64,000 nt of DNA from assembly GCA_037443185.1 (NCBI GenBank), contig JBBIOV010000001.1, positions 10,866 to 74,865 on the forward strand, read 5' to 3'. The stretch is from a bacterium (lineage in GTDB: Bacteria; Patescibacteriota; Minisyncoccia; 2-01-FULL-47-10; JBBIMT01). The notes beneath the pieces were generated by a model. That model worked only from the letters and a program-made list of their open reading frames with translations. It was not told the origin of the DNA and made no database searches. This document shows positions 30,507 through 40,070 of this stretch, piece after piece. How positions within the stretch are numbered: position 1 is the first letter of the stretch; the number at the start of each line of letters is the position of its first letter. The translations under genes were made by a program, and so were the position numbers.

Positions 30507-31538
30507 TTATTTTATAATTTTTTGTTCTAATGGATGTCGAGGAGTAGTTTTGTGGGTTGAGCCAGTTTTTCCCACTGCAAATAAAAATTGCGGAATCTGT
30601 TTTGTATTAATAATTTTTTGCAATCTTTGATATAGTTTCCCCATTTCAATTGATGCTACAAAAATTGATGTCTGCCAACCCCTTGCATTAAATTCCAACA
30701 TAATTCTCTGAGCAATTCTTCCAACATTAAGCCAGATTAATGGATTGTTTGCATTGGCAGTTATAATTACTACCAAAGGCGCCGAATTTAAACTCATTTG
30801 ATTAAGTTTTGACAAAAAAAAGCCTAAATTGAACCATCTTACTAAAGTAGGGAAAATAAATGAAAAAGGAAAAGGCATTTTTAATGCATAGCCAGGAATT
30901 CCATCTTTGCGTCTTGTCAAACTACTACGTAACCATCTAGCCATTTCTTTTCTAAAGGATTTTTTTGCATATGCTATTTTCAAGCCTTCAGCAGTAAGTC
31001 TTGCTATTTCGGAAATTTGAGTTTCGTTTGATATCCAATGAACAGTTATATTGTTTAACTGATACTCATTGTTAATAATTGTAGAAATTTCATTTAAAAT
31101 TTCTACCGGAACTTTGATTGGTTGAAATATCCCCCGAGCGTTTACTCTTTTTGGAATTGTATTCAAAATTTTTCGATAATTATCATTTACTTTGCTACTT
31201 AAATTTTTAAAATATATTGTAGCCAAATGATTACTATCTGTTGTAGATTTCATTGAAATATAATCGAACACACCAAAATATTTTGCCGCCACAATTATAT
31301 TTTCTATAGCACAACCAATACTAATATGTAAATCTCTTTTTTGTGGATCTCCTTCTGGTAAAAGTAATTTAGGATCATAATAGACCTCACATCCTGATTT
31401 TATAATACGAAACAACCAAGGTTGAGTATTATGAGTAGAAGGAGCTAAAATTGCATAACGTAATAAAAATTTAGTTTTTTCTTTTGGGGAAGATAAGGTA
31501 AAAAAATCGTCAGGATTGATATTTCTTATATTATTCAT
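30507..31538 (-). CDS. Acg-like nitroreductase-fold flavoprotein
   Basis: AILAPSTHNTQPWLF, SIGCAIEN, GRIAQRIML, TPRHPL. Confidence 0.9.
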   Translation of the reverse strand: MNNIRNINPDDFFTLSSPKEKTKFLLRYAILAPSTHNTQPWLFRIIKSGCEVYYDPKLLLPEGDPQKRDLHISIGCAIENIIVAAKYFGVFDYISMKSTTDSNHLATIYFKNLSSKVNDNYRKILNTIPKRVNARGIFQPIKVPVEILNEISTIINNEYQLNNITVHWISNETQISEIARLTAEGLKIAYAKKSFRKEMARWLRSSLTRRKDGIPGYALKMPFPFSFIFPTLVRWFNLGFFLSKLNQMSLNSAPLVVIITANANNPLIWLNVGRIAQRIMLEFNARGWQTSIFVASIEMGKLYQRLQKIINTKQIPQFLFAVGKTGSTHKTTPRHPLEQKIIK

Positions 31539-31624
31539 TTTTTATAAAATTAATTATAAATTTAATTTTTATTTTAAAAAAAGTAAATATCGTAAATATT
31601 GTTTCGATTATTTCCTTTTGTTAT

Positions 31625-32707
31625 TTATTTTATCATTATCTCATCAAATTTTATTAAACTTCGTCCGCTTGGCAGATTTTCTTCTAAAGCAATCTTGCGT
31701 GCAATTAAAGCGGCGATCCCGGAACTAATAGCAACGGTACTCATTACCTGAGGCCTACCAACTAAGGTTTTTCCAATATTCAATACCGAATTTATAACCC
31801 TTTCAGTTAAGTTTTCTTTTCCAACCAAATCAATAGCGTATTTTTTCTTTTCTTTTTCGGTTATCTGATTACGCATTATGGCATTTAAAATATTTTCATT
31901 CACTTTGCCGTTGAAAAATTTTACATCTGGCTCAATATCGTATCTTTCAATGTCTATCAAGACATTATCTCCTAAATTCGTAAGCATAACAACTGGTATT
32001 TTATTTTTTTTAGCTAATTTCCTAATTAAAATTTTTAATTTAAAGTCATCTATTACTTCAAAAATAAGTTTTGGTCTTGGATAATTTTCTATAAAATCTT
32101 GGAGATTTTTTTTATTTAGACCCTCATGATAAGAATAAATTTTAATATATGGATCTATCTCCATAATTTGTTCCTTTATAATATCAATTTTATGTCTGCC
32201 GATATCTTTTAATGAAGCTTTTACCCTGTTTAAATTAGTGGTGCTTAAAGTATCAAAATCAGCTAACTTAATATTTTTAGAAAATCCGTTATAGATTAAA
32301 GTTGTAGCAATATTACCACCAACTGATAAACCAGCAATAGCAACCGTAAAATTTCTTAACTTTTTTTGCTCTTTGGCTGTTATGATATTTTGATTTCTAT
32401 TGGTTCTTAAAAGATAATTTTCTTGTTCTGAAAGAGTATGAATCAAAGTATTACTCCAAGGATAATAAATCCAATCGCCGCTAATTTTAACATCTTTTTT
32501 ATTTTTGTATTTGATAAATTTCTTAAAGTTTTTTTTAAAAATCGATTGAGGATTTTTTATTTCAAATAATTCTTTAAGTTGTTTTTGATAAATATCAATC
32601 ACTTTGGGTTTAAAATAATCCTTTAATCTTTGAACGTCTTTAAAGTTATAATTGCCCTCTTTGAAAATTTTAATGTTGTTAATTTTTCTGATCATTTTTT
32701 TACCCAT
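31625..32707 (-). CDS. ThiF family adenylyltransferase (Rv1355c/MoeY-like N-terminal part)
   Basis: WIYYPW, LRTNRNQNIIT..EQKKL, AGLSVG, LADFDTLSTTNLNR, IDIERYD, RPQ. Confidence 0.92.
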   Translation of the reverse strand: MGKKMIRKINNIKIFKEGNYNFKDVQRLKDYFKPKVIDIYQKQLKELFEIKNPQSIFKKNFKKFIKYKNKKDVKISGDWIYYPWSNTLIHTLSEQENYLLRTNRNQNIITAKEQKKLRNFTVAIAGLSVGGNIATTLIYNGFSKNIKLADFDTLSTTNLNRVKASLKDIGRHKIDIIKEQIMEIDPYIKIYSYHEGLNKKNLQDFIENYPRPKLIFEVIDDFKLKILIRKLAKKNKIPVVMLTNLGDNVLIDIERYDIEPDVKFFNGKVNENILNAIMRNQITEKEKKKYAIDLVGKENLTERVINSVLNIGKTLVGRPQVMSTVAISSGIAALIARKIALEENLPSGRSLIKFDEIMIK

Positions 32708-34209
32708 TTTTGTTTAATGCCTGGTTTAAAAAATTCGGGATGCTCGTAAGGCCAAAATACTATTTTAGGAAAAGCTCGTTCTTTTAAAAAATTAGAAAGT
32801 TCACGATATTCAGCGTTTTTTTCTTGCAGATTTTGAACTAATCTCTTTAATAAACGATTTTTTAGATGATATGGTATTGACTCAATACTTCTCTTTAATT
32901 CTATATTAATTTCCAAATATTGATTTTGCTTTTTATCAAATTTCGTTAACATTGTAAATTTACCAGTTAAATAATTGTTGAACGGATTTTCTAAAAGGAC
33001 TTCTCTAATTGTTTCTGGATAAACTTGCAAACCATAAAGAGTTGTAGAAAAATCGTCGCGCTCAAATACAAAAACAAAAGGAAGTTCATTTAAAGTATAA
33101 GCAATGCCGGCTTTTTTGGCTTCATAAAAAATATCTATGTCATAGCGACGCAGTATTTCAATAAGTTCACTAAAAGAGTAAGCACCGCCATGATCCCCGA
33201 CTTTATATCTTATTAAGGGAATAACATTATTGCCAGTTAATATTATATCACCATTTTCCGATTCAAATCCTATAAATAAAGGATTATACTGCGCTAAAGT
33301 TGGTGTTTTATTAATAGCGCCGAAAATGTCATTAAATAACGCTTTATTTTTTACCGCTAAACTTCTTATTAAAATACTTAAAGGCGTTTCAAAAGCCATA
33401 GCCCCAATATCAGCTGTTCCATAAATATTCATTGTGTCTAAAAATCTATTTTTAAGGCCTGCTTTGCTAACTAAATAATCTCGAAAATCTTCAGAAAAGG
33501 TTTCTGCCGCAAAAATTAATCTTAAGTTTAATTTTTTCAAATCAATTCCTTCAGCTTGAGCATCATCAATGACATCTTTAATAAAAGGAGGATAACCTAT
33601 AAGTATTACTTGTCTATAAAATCTCGCTAAATTTTTCAAAGCCTTAAATATTTCTTGCTTATTTATGCCAGGAGTAATAATCGATAAAGGAAAATTTAAT
33701 CTGTATGCAGCAAGTTCCAATGCTTTATATGTTATGAGCCCTCCAATCCAAACACCCATTCCAAAAGCAACTATAACTAACACAGGGAAATTACTGTTTT
33801 TAATATTATTATAATTTTTCAAAAATTGTTCCAGTATTATTGAGTATTGCCAATCTAATTGATTATTGCGTGGAAAATAAAATGGTTCCCCTGTTGAACC
33901 TGAAGTCGATGTAAAGATTAAAGGCTTATTTAAATGGCCTTCCCAACAAAGTTCGTTTAACAGATTTCTTCTTAAATAATTTTTTTTGTTAATAAAGGGT
34001 ATTTTTTTAAAATCTCTCCAGCTACGAATCAAAGAAGGATTAATTTTTTTGCTTTTAAGGAACTTTTTATAAGCTGGTACATAACGACTTGCTAAATGAA
34101 AAAGGCGAAGGGACAATTTTCTCTGTTCTAAAGACCAATAGTCAGATTTTTTTTTGGTAATTGAGTTTATGATTTTTTTTGTTTTGGAAGTGTTTTTTAA
34201 AAAAATCAT
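32692..34209 (-). CDS. PaaK/F390-synthetase-like adenylate-forming ligase
   Basis: VPAYK, STSGSTGEP, IGYPPF, AAE, IYGTAD, PLIRYKVGD. Confidence 0.92.
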   Translation of the reverse strand: MIFLKNTSKTKKIINSITKKKSDYWSLEQRKLSLRLFHLASRYVPAYKKFLKSKKINPSLIRSWRDFKKIPFINKKNYLRRNLLNELCWEGHLNKPLIFTSTSGSTGEPFYFPRNNQLDWQYSIILEQFLKNYNNIKNSNFPVLVIVAFGMGVWIGGLITYKALELAAYRLNFPLSIITPGINKQEIFKALKNLARFYRQVILIGYPPFIKDVIDDAQAEGIDLKKLNLRLIFAAETFSEDFRDYLVSKAGLKNRFLDTMNIYGTADIGAMAFETPLSILIRSLAVKNKALFNDIFGAINKTPTLAQYNPLFIGFESENGDIILTGNNVIPLIRYKVGDHGGAYSFSELIEILRRYDIDIFYEAKKAGIAYTLNELPFVFVFERDDFSTTLYGLQVYPETIREVLLENPFNNYLTGKFTMLTKFDKKQNQYLEINIELKRSIESIPYHLKNRLLKRLVQNLQEKNAEYRELSNFLKERAFPKIVFWPYEHPEFFKPGIKQKWVKK

Positions 34210-35276
34210 TTCATTTTTGTGCCTTTAAAATAGCTTTCAGCTATTTCATCGGCAATTTTATTGGTAGACTTATTATTTTGTTTGGAAAGATTGAGGATAT
34301 TAATGACGGTTTTTTTTATCTGAAATATTTTATTTAATACCCTTTTTTTATTATATCCATCTTTTTCTAATTCAGCTACTACATTAATTAAACCACCTGC
34401 ATTAGCTACGTAATCAGGAACATAAACAATTTTTTGTCTAAAAAACCAGTCGCCCACCTTTTGTTCAGCTAATTGATTGTTTGCCCCGCCACAAATAATT
34501 TTTGCTTTAATTTCACGAGCTTTTTTTAATGAAAATTCGTTTCCTAAAGCACAAGGCGAATAAATATCAACTTCTAAAGAGTGGATTTTTCTTGGGTTAA
34601 CAATTTCTACTTTTTTAATTATTTTCTTTGTTTGAATGAGAGCAGTTTCATCAATGTCAGCAATATATATTTGCGCTCCAGCGTCAAACAAAAGTTTAGC
34701 CAAAGTTCTTCCAACTTTTCCAACTCCCTTAATAGCGACTTTTAAACCAGAAAAGGAGTCTTTATTAAAAACAAACGAAACAGCACCTTGCATAGCGTAA
34801 AAAACACTTAAGGCAGCGTAGGGCGAAGGATCTCCAGCTAAAGACGGATTACCAATAAAAAATTTCGAATATTTCAACATAAATGAGACATCATTTTCAG
34901 TCAATCCAACATCTTCGCCAGTATAAAACTTTCCTTCAAGTTCATTTATCTTTTTCGCATAGGCTTTTAAGAGGTTGGGAGTTTTATCTGTCTTAGGATT
35001 TCCAATAATAACACCCTTACCTCCTCCGAAATGAACTTTAGCGATAGCACATTTATAGGTCATAGCCTGAGAAAGCCTTAAAACATCCTTCAAGGCTTGG
35101 GTTTCTGACTGATAAGCAAACATTCTTGTACCTCCAACAGCAGGCAAACCTAAATCATCGTTATGTATTGCAATAAATCCTTTGAGATTTACTGAGGCAT
35201 CTTCAATTTTAATGACTAATTTATGATTATCGAATTCTTTAAATTTTTTCAAATAATTAGAATCTATTAAATTCAT
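34206..35276 (-). CDS. Glu/Leu/Phe/Val dehydrogenase (LeuDH/PheDH-like)
   Basis: GGTRM, MTYKCA, GGGKGVI, GEDVG, GVGKVG, PCALG, GANNQL, PDYVANAGG; start set to ATG 35276. Confidence 0.94.
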   Translation of the reverse strand: MNLIDSNYLKKFKEFDNHKLVIKIEDASVNLKGFIAIHNDDLGLPAVGGTRMFAYQSETQALKDVLRLSQAMTYKCAIAKVHFGGGKGVIIGNPKTDKTPNLLKAYAKKINELEGKFYTGEDVGLTENDVSFMLKYSKFFIGNPSLAGDPSPYAALSVFYAMQGAVSFVFNKDSFSGLKVAIKGVGKVGRTLAKLLFDAGAQIYIADIDETALIQTKKIIKKVEIVNPRKIHSLEVDIYSPCALGNEFSLKKAREIKAKIICGGANNQLAEQKVGDWFFRQKIVYVPDYVANAGGLINVVAELEKDGYNKKRVLNKIFQIKKTVINILNLSKQNNKSTNKIADEIAESYFKGTKMK

Positions 35277-35283
35277 AAATAAA

Positions 35284-35309
35284 ACAGACATCAAATTACT
35301 GATGTCTGT
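35284..35309 (-). promoter_or_regulatory. Perfect 10-bp inverted repeat just upstream of the dehydrogenase start (attenuator terminator or operator)
   Basis: ACAGACATCA-N6-TGATGTCTGT followed on the mRNA strand by TTTATTT then ATG. Confidence 0.6.
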
Positions 35310-35629
35310 AATTAATAGTGTTATATGAAAATAAAGCCCAAGTTATTTGTGTGTTTTGTTTAATAGCTTGGTGGAAATTTTTAAAAAATTCCAAAAAATG
35401 TTTCCTTTTTAAAATTTCCATTTTAATTAGATATTGAAAAATTTCCTTTATTTATCTTTATTTTTCCTTCTTTAATTATAATACCACAAAAATAATTTTA
35501 AGCAAGCTTTGTTAATAAAATTCGTGGTTTGGCAAGCTCTAAAATTTGCAAACTTCAACATTTTTAAGTTTAACTTTATAAAAATGGTTTACATTTTGAT
35601 AAAAATTCATTTTTATAAAAATATTTTTG

Positions 35630-35657
35630 TTGATTTTTAAAGGAAATTAATTATAAT
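35630..35657 (+). promoter_or_regulatory. Putative rpmH promoter
   Basis: TTGATT-N16-TATAAT, ending 9 nt before ATG. Confidence 0.5.
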
Positions 35658-35666
35658 AGAAACAAT

Positions 35667-35801
35667 ATGGTAAAAGGCTCGAAATTAAAAAAAATTAAAC
35701 GAAAAAGAGACCATGGCTTTTTAAGCCGCTCTAAAACGAAATCCGGAAAAAAAGTTCTAAAACGACGACGAAAAAAGGGTAGACACAAATTGACAGTATA
35801 A
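35667..35801 (+). CDS. rpmH: 50S ribosomal protein L34 (absent from the ORF track)
   Basis: Manual translation MVKGSKLKKIKRKRDHGFLSRSKTKSGKKVLKRRRKKGRHKLTV; KR.R.HGF..R..T..G..VL.RRR.KGR pattern. Confidence 0.95.
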   Translation: MVKGSKLKKIKRKRDHGFLSRSKTKSGKKVLKRRRKKGRHKLTV

Positions 35802-35821
35802 TACTTCAAAAACTATTTTTT

Positions 35822-37123
35822 TCAAGCAATAACAGTTTTGCCCATAAATTCTTGAAGTGGCTTTGGAATTTCTATTGAGCCATCTTTTTTTTGATAATTT
35901 TCCATTATAGCCAATAGCGGTCTAGTGTTGGTAATAGCTGTGGCAGAAATTGTATGACAATATTTTATTTTGTCTTTATCCTTATATTTTATATTTAATC
36001 TTCTTGCCTGAAATTCCCAAAGATCAGAATTAGACATAACTTCCATATAACTTTGAGAAGAAGGCACCCAAACTTCCAAATCAAATTTGCGATAAGTTGG
36101 CATTCCTACATCCCCTGAACACATATCAAGAATACGATATGGTAGACCTAAATCTTGTAAAATTTCTTCTTCAATATCTAAAACTTCAAATATTAATTTC
36201 TCGGAAGTTTCCTCACTAGTAAATAAAATCATTTCTATTTTATCAAACTGATGGACTCTCTTGATACCGCGAACATCTTTGCCCCAGGAACCAACCTCTG
36301 TGCGAAAACATGGCGAATAACCGACATATTTTCGGGGTAGTTCTTTAATATCAAAAATTGTATTATGGTGATAAGCTACAATTGAAACTTCAGAGGTGCC
36401 TACTAAATATTTCGGCTCTTTTTCAATCTCTTTATCTTTATAACTTTCATCCCCGATTTCAAGTCGATAAATATTTGAAGATTCAAAAGGTAAATAACCG
36501 GTTCCTTCAAGCGCAAAACTTTTTACGATTACCGGGGGAATAATAGGAATAAATCCTTTATTAATTAATTTTTTTAATACAAAAGAAAAAAGTGCAAACT
36601 GCATTAAAACAAGATCGTTTTTTAAATAATAAAACCGCGAACCAGAAACCTCAGCAGAAGTTTTTGTATCAATTAAATTATGTAAAGTCCCAAGCGCTAA
36701 ATGATCTTTTGGAGTAAAATCGAATTTAGTTTTTTTACCCCATTCTTTTATAACAACATTTTTTTTGGAATTTTTGCCACGAGGCATATTAGGACTTACA
36801 ATGTTTGGTAGTCTTAAAGTAAGATTTTTTAAATTTTGCTCAACGTTCTTTAAAATCTCTTCCTTTTTTAAAATATCGCTTTTAATCTCTTTTAAAATTG
36901 CAATAATTTTTACATCTTTAATTTTTGAAAGGTCTTTTTTAATCTCTTCATTTAATTGATTGCGTTTTTTTCTTAAAGTGCTGATTTCAGTGGCAATCTT
37001 TTTTCTTTCTTTTTCTAAAATAATAATTTGATCCAATTTAAAATCGGCAGGGTTTAAGTTTCTGTCTAAAATGCTTTTTTCATATTCTTTTCGATTGTTA
37101 ATGATATAATCAATATTAATCAT
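35822..37123 (-). CDS. serS: Serine--tRNA ligase
   Basis: N-terminal coiled coil; SGSRFYYL, GTSEV, CFRTEVGS, RVHQFDKIE, FQARRL. Confidence 0.97.
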   Translation of the reverse strand: MINIDYIINNRKEYEKSILDRNLNPADFKLDQIIILEKERKKIATEISTLRKKRNQLNEEIKKDLSKIKDVKIIAILKEIKSDILKKEEILKNVEQNLKNLTLRLPNIVSPNMPRGKNSKKNVVIKEWGKKTKFDFTPKDHLALGTLHNLIDTKTSAEVSGSRFYYLKNDLVLMQFALFSFVLKKLINKGFIPIIPPVIVKSFALEGTGYLPFESSNIYRLEIGDESYKDKEIEKEPKYLVGTSEVSIVAYHHNTIFDIKELPRKYVGYSPCFRTEVGSWGKDVRGIKRVHQFDKIEMILFTSEETSEKLIFEVLDIEEEILQDLGLPYRILDMCSGDVGMPTYRKFDLEVWVPSSQSYMEVMSNSDLWEFQARRLNIKYKDKDKIKYCHTISATAITNTRPLLAIMENYQKKDGSIEIPKPLQEFMGKTVIA

Positions 37124-37209
37124 AAATAAAAATTAATACTGATATAATTTTTATTGACATCAGCATTACTTATAGCTTTATTATTTAAGTAGATTGTAAC
37201 AAGACAAGA

Positions 37210-37599
37210 TTAAAAAGCAAGTGTTCGGGCTAAATCATCTATTTTATCTTCCAATTTTTTTATTCGGCGACTAACAGTAATTAAAGTTTTATTTTTATCA
37301 TCTTTTAATTTTTCTACCATTCTTGCTAAAATTTTATCGCCGATAACATCGTAAATCCATTGAGCAAAATCAGACTTTTTTTTATTTGAATGGTATTTAA
37401 AAGTCTCTTCAGACATTTGTTCAAGTCCTGCCCTAAATTCGTATAACGAACAAAAAATCTTTCCATCAACACAAAAGAAGCATTTAGATTTTTCAGGAAT
37501 GATTCGTAAATATTGTTGTGCGATTTTAGCATGTTTTCTCATATTTTTTAAAGAAAACTCACAAGAAGCATCAAATTTTCTTGCGATTTTCCAAAGCAA
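37210..37599 (-). CDS. DUF5752-like small protein associated with alpha-glucan operons
   Basis: FFCVDG...SLYEF...MSEETFKYH...SDFAQWIYDVIGD..LA pattern; true start may be ATG 37542. Confidence 0.7.
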   Translation of the reverse strand: MLWKIARKFDASCEFSLKNMRKHAKIAQQYLRIIPEKSKCFFCVDGKIFCSLYEFRAGLEQMSEETFKYHSNKKKSDFAQWIYDVIGDKILARMVEKLKDDKNKTLITVSRRIKKLEDKIDDLARTLAF

Positions 37600-37606
37600 T
37601 TAATTT

Positions 37607-38827
37607 TTAATTTAAATCTTCTTTTCTTGATTTTAATTTATTAAGTCTTAATTTTAAATCTTGATAAATATTCATAAAATTAATGAACGCTTCATAAGGC
37701 GATTCGTAAGGATTAAAATACTTATGAACATCTCCATCAGCGAACCATTTAGTGCACATATAATAAAAATGATCTGAAGTTTGAAGGCGTCGCCAATTAT
37801 TTAAAAGTTTTTCATCTTTGACTTCATCTAATTCTTTTTTAAGTTCAAAAAGAAGTTTTAAGGCTTCTTTTTGCATATCATTTTCCTGCCAAGCTGATAA
37901 ATCTCGTTCAGTATCTGCCCAGGTAATATAATTTGGCACATTAATTGGCGCAACTGGTTTAATTCTTTCTATAACTTCACTAAAAGTATAAAAAGTAATA
38001 TTTTTATTTTTTAAAATTTCAGGAATTAAATGTTCAAAAAATTCAAATATCCCAGTGTCTTCCCACTGATGTTCTCCTAAAGTTTCATAATCCATACAAA
38101 GATTGACAACATCGGAATTTCCATCAAGCGCGGAAATCCAAGAAGCGAATTTATCGGCTGTTAATGGGTATTCTACCCAACTTCTTTCACTAAATCTAAA
38201 CGCAATATCATCTGAAAGACGATAATTTTTAAGCAATATTTTAAAGTTTTTTGTTTGTGGATGATGATAAACGAAATTAGCACTACGCCAGCCTAAAATT
38301 TTATCCGCTCCTTCAGTAATGATACCTTTATACCCCATTTTGCCTAAAAACAAACCAATATCATCACAATAAGCCGCTTCGGTATTTGAAAAAACTTTAG
38401 GCTTAATATGAAAATATTTATGTAGCGTTTCCTCTTGTAGTTTTATCTGACTTGAAAATTCGTCTAAAGAATATAAAAAAGCCAAAGAATGATAATAAGT
38501 TTCTCCTAAAATTTCCACCCGCCCTGTTTTAACTAAAAGTTTAAATAAATCAATAAGACCTGGATCATAAAGTTGAGCTTGTTCTAAAAAAATTCCTGAT
38601 AAAGAATAATTAACTTTAAATTGGGGGTATTTTTGGATAAGCTTTAAAATTAATTTGGTGGCTGGCCAATAACATTTATCTGCCACTTTTTTAAATATTG
38701 ATTCATTGGTTTGATTGTAACGATCTACAACTCCTTCAAAATATAAATCATCCTTTCCAATCGCAAAAAAAGGGTATTTTTTTAGTCTATAAGGCTGGTG
38801 AACTTTAAAATAAAGAGTAAGAACCAT
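37607..38827 (-). CDS. GH57 alpha-amylase-like glycoside hydrolase
   Basis: VHQPYR, ETYYHSL, NTE, LSDDIAFRFS, MDYETLGEHQW, LQTSDHFYYM. Confidence 0.95.
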   Translation of the reverse strand: MVLTLYFKVHQPYRLKKYPFFAIGKDDLYFEGVVDRYNQTNESIFKKVADKCYWPATKLILKLIQKYPQFKVNYSLSGIFLEQAQLYDPGLIDLFKLLVKTGRVEILGETYYHSLAFLYSLDEFSSQIKLQEETLHKYFHIKPKVFSNTEAAYCDDIGLFLGKMGYKGIITEGADKILGWRSANFVYHHPQTKNFKILLKNYRLSDDIAFRFSERSWVEYPLTADKFASWISALDGNSDVVNLCMDYETLGEHQWEDTGIFEFFEHLIPEILKNKNITFYTFSEVIERIKPVAPINVPNYITWADTERDLSAWQENDMQKEALKLLFELKKELDEVKDEKLLNNWRRLQTSDHFYYMCTKWFADGDVHKYFNPYESPYEAFINFMNIYQDLKLRLNKLKSRKEDLN

Positions 38828-38874
38828 ATTAATGTCAAAAGGTTTACAATTTTTATTGGATGATTATTTAGTTT

Positions 38875-40050
38875 TTAAGCATATATCATTGCTGGTGCAA
38901 ACTTTAGATATATATTATGTATTTTTTCAGCCGCATCAGCCCAATTTATTTTTGAACATTCGCGATAGCAGTTTTGACTTAAGATATTTTTCAAGGACTC
39001 ATATTTTAAAACGGCTAAAATTTTATTAGTCATTTCATCAATATCCCAAAAATCAACCTTCAAAACATGTTTGACAACTTCGTTAACTCCAGATTGTTTT
39101 GATATTAACACCGGAGTGCCATTAGCCATTGCTTCTAAAGTAGTAATTCCAAAAGGCTCTGAGACAGACGGCATTACAAAAAGATCAGCACTTTGATATA
39201 ATTTATTTAAATCATCATCCCTTAAAAAACCAACGAAAAAAACTTTGTCAGCAAGTCCACTGCGCGCCACTTCTTCTATTAAATATCTTTCCATATCACC
39301 GGCTCCAGACATAACAAAAACAACATCTTTGTAATATTCTAAAGTTTTTTTCGCTGCTTTTAAAAAGTAGTCAGGACCCTTTTGAATAGTAAAACGACCA
39401 ACGAAAATAACTATTTTTTTGCCCAGTATTTTATTCATTAAACTATTTTGAACTTTTTTTTGAAAACAATTCTCAATTCCATTATGAACCACAGCGATTT
39501 TTTCAGGATTTATTTGATAATGTCGTATAATTTTATCTTTAGTAAAATGACTTACTGCTATAGCCTGATCCGCTTTGTCTAATCCTTCTTTTTCTATATG
39601 AAAAATTGCTGAATTTACAAATTGACCACCACCGCGATCGAATTCAGTAGCATGAACATGAATAATGAGAGGTTTTTTAGTGATATTTTTTGCCTCAATA
39701 CCAGCAGGGTAAGTCAACCAATCGTGAGCATGAATAATATCAAAATCAAACTGTTGACAAATGACTTTCATAGCCTCTCGATAAAGCGTTACTTGTTCGA
39801 TTAACTGTGAACTATGATTTAAATGCCAAAAAGTTTTGTAGCCGTCTAAAATTTTACCTGAAAACCTCTGAGCTAAAAAGTCTTCGGCAAATATTAATTT
39901 GCCATAAGGAAAATTAATTCTCATTTTCTGTGGTAAAACTAAAATAATTTTATGTTTTTTTGACAAATATTTTGTCAAATAATGGCATGCAACGCCAAGT
40001 CCGCCTGAGTTAAATGGTGGGTATTCCCAACCTAGAACTAATATATTCAT
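38875..40050 (-). CDS. GT4 glycosyltransferase (glycogen synthase-like)
   Basis: GWEYPPFNSGGLG, HAHDWLT, HVHATEFDR, PSVSEPFG. Confidence 0.93.
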   Translation of the reverse strand: MNILVLGWEYPPFNSGGLGVACHYLTKYLSKKHKIILVLPQKMRINFPYGKLIFAEDFLAQRFSGKILDGYKTFWHLNHSSQLIEQVTLYREAMKVICQQFDFDIIHAHDWLTYPAGIEAKNITKKPLIIHVHATEFDRGGGQFVNSAIFHIEKEGLDKADQAIAVSHFTKDKIIRHYQINPEKIAVVHNGIENCFQKKVQNSLMNKILGKKIVIFVGRFTIQKGPDYFLKAAKKTLEYYKDVVFVMSGAGDMERYLIEEVARSGLADKVFFVGFLRDDDLNKLYQSADLFVMPSVSEPFGITTLEAMANGTPVLISKQSGVNEVVKHVLKVDFWDIDEMTNKILAVLKYESLKNILSQNCYRECSKINWADAAEKIHNIYLKFAPAMIYA

Positions 40051-40070
40051 AAAAACTATTAATGCTAATT

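Noticed and set aside
35295-35666. oriC next to rpmH
   Set aside because: No TTATCCACA box cluster and no dnaA; gene orientation suggests a terminus region instead
37154-37175. GACATCA-x-ATTACT similarity to the 35284-35309 repeat upstream of serS
   Set aside because: Only one half-site with an indel; compatible with chance
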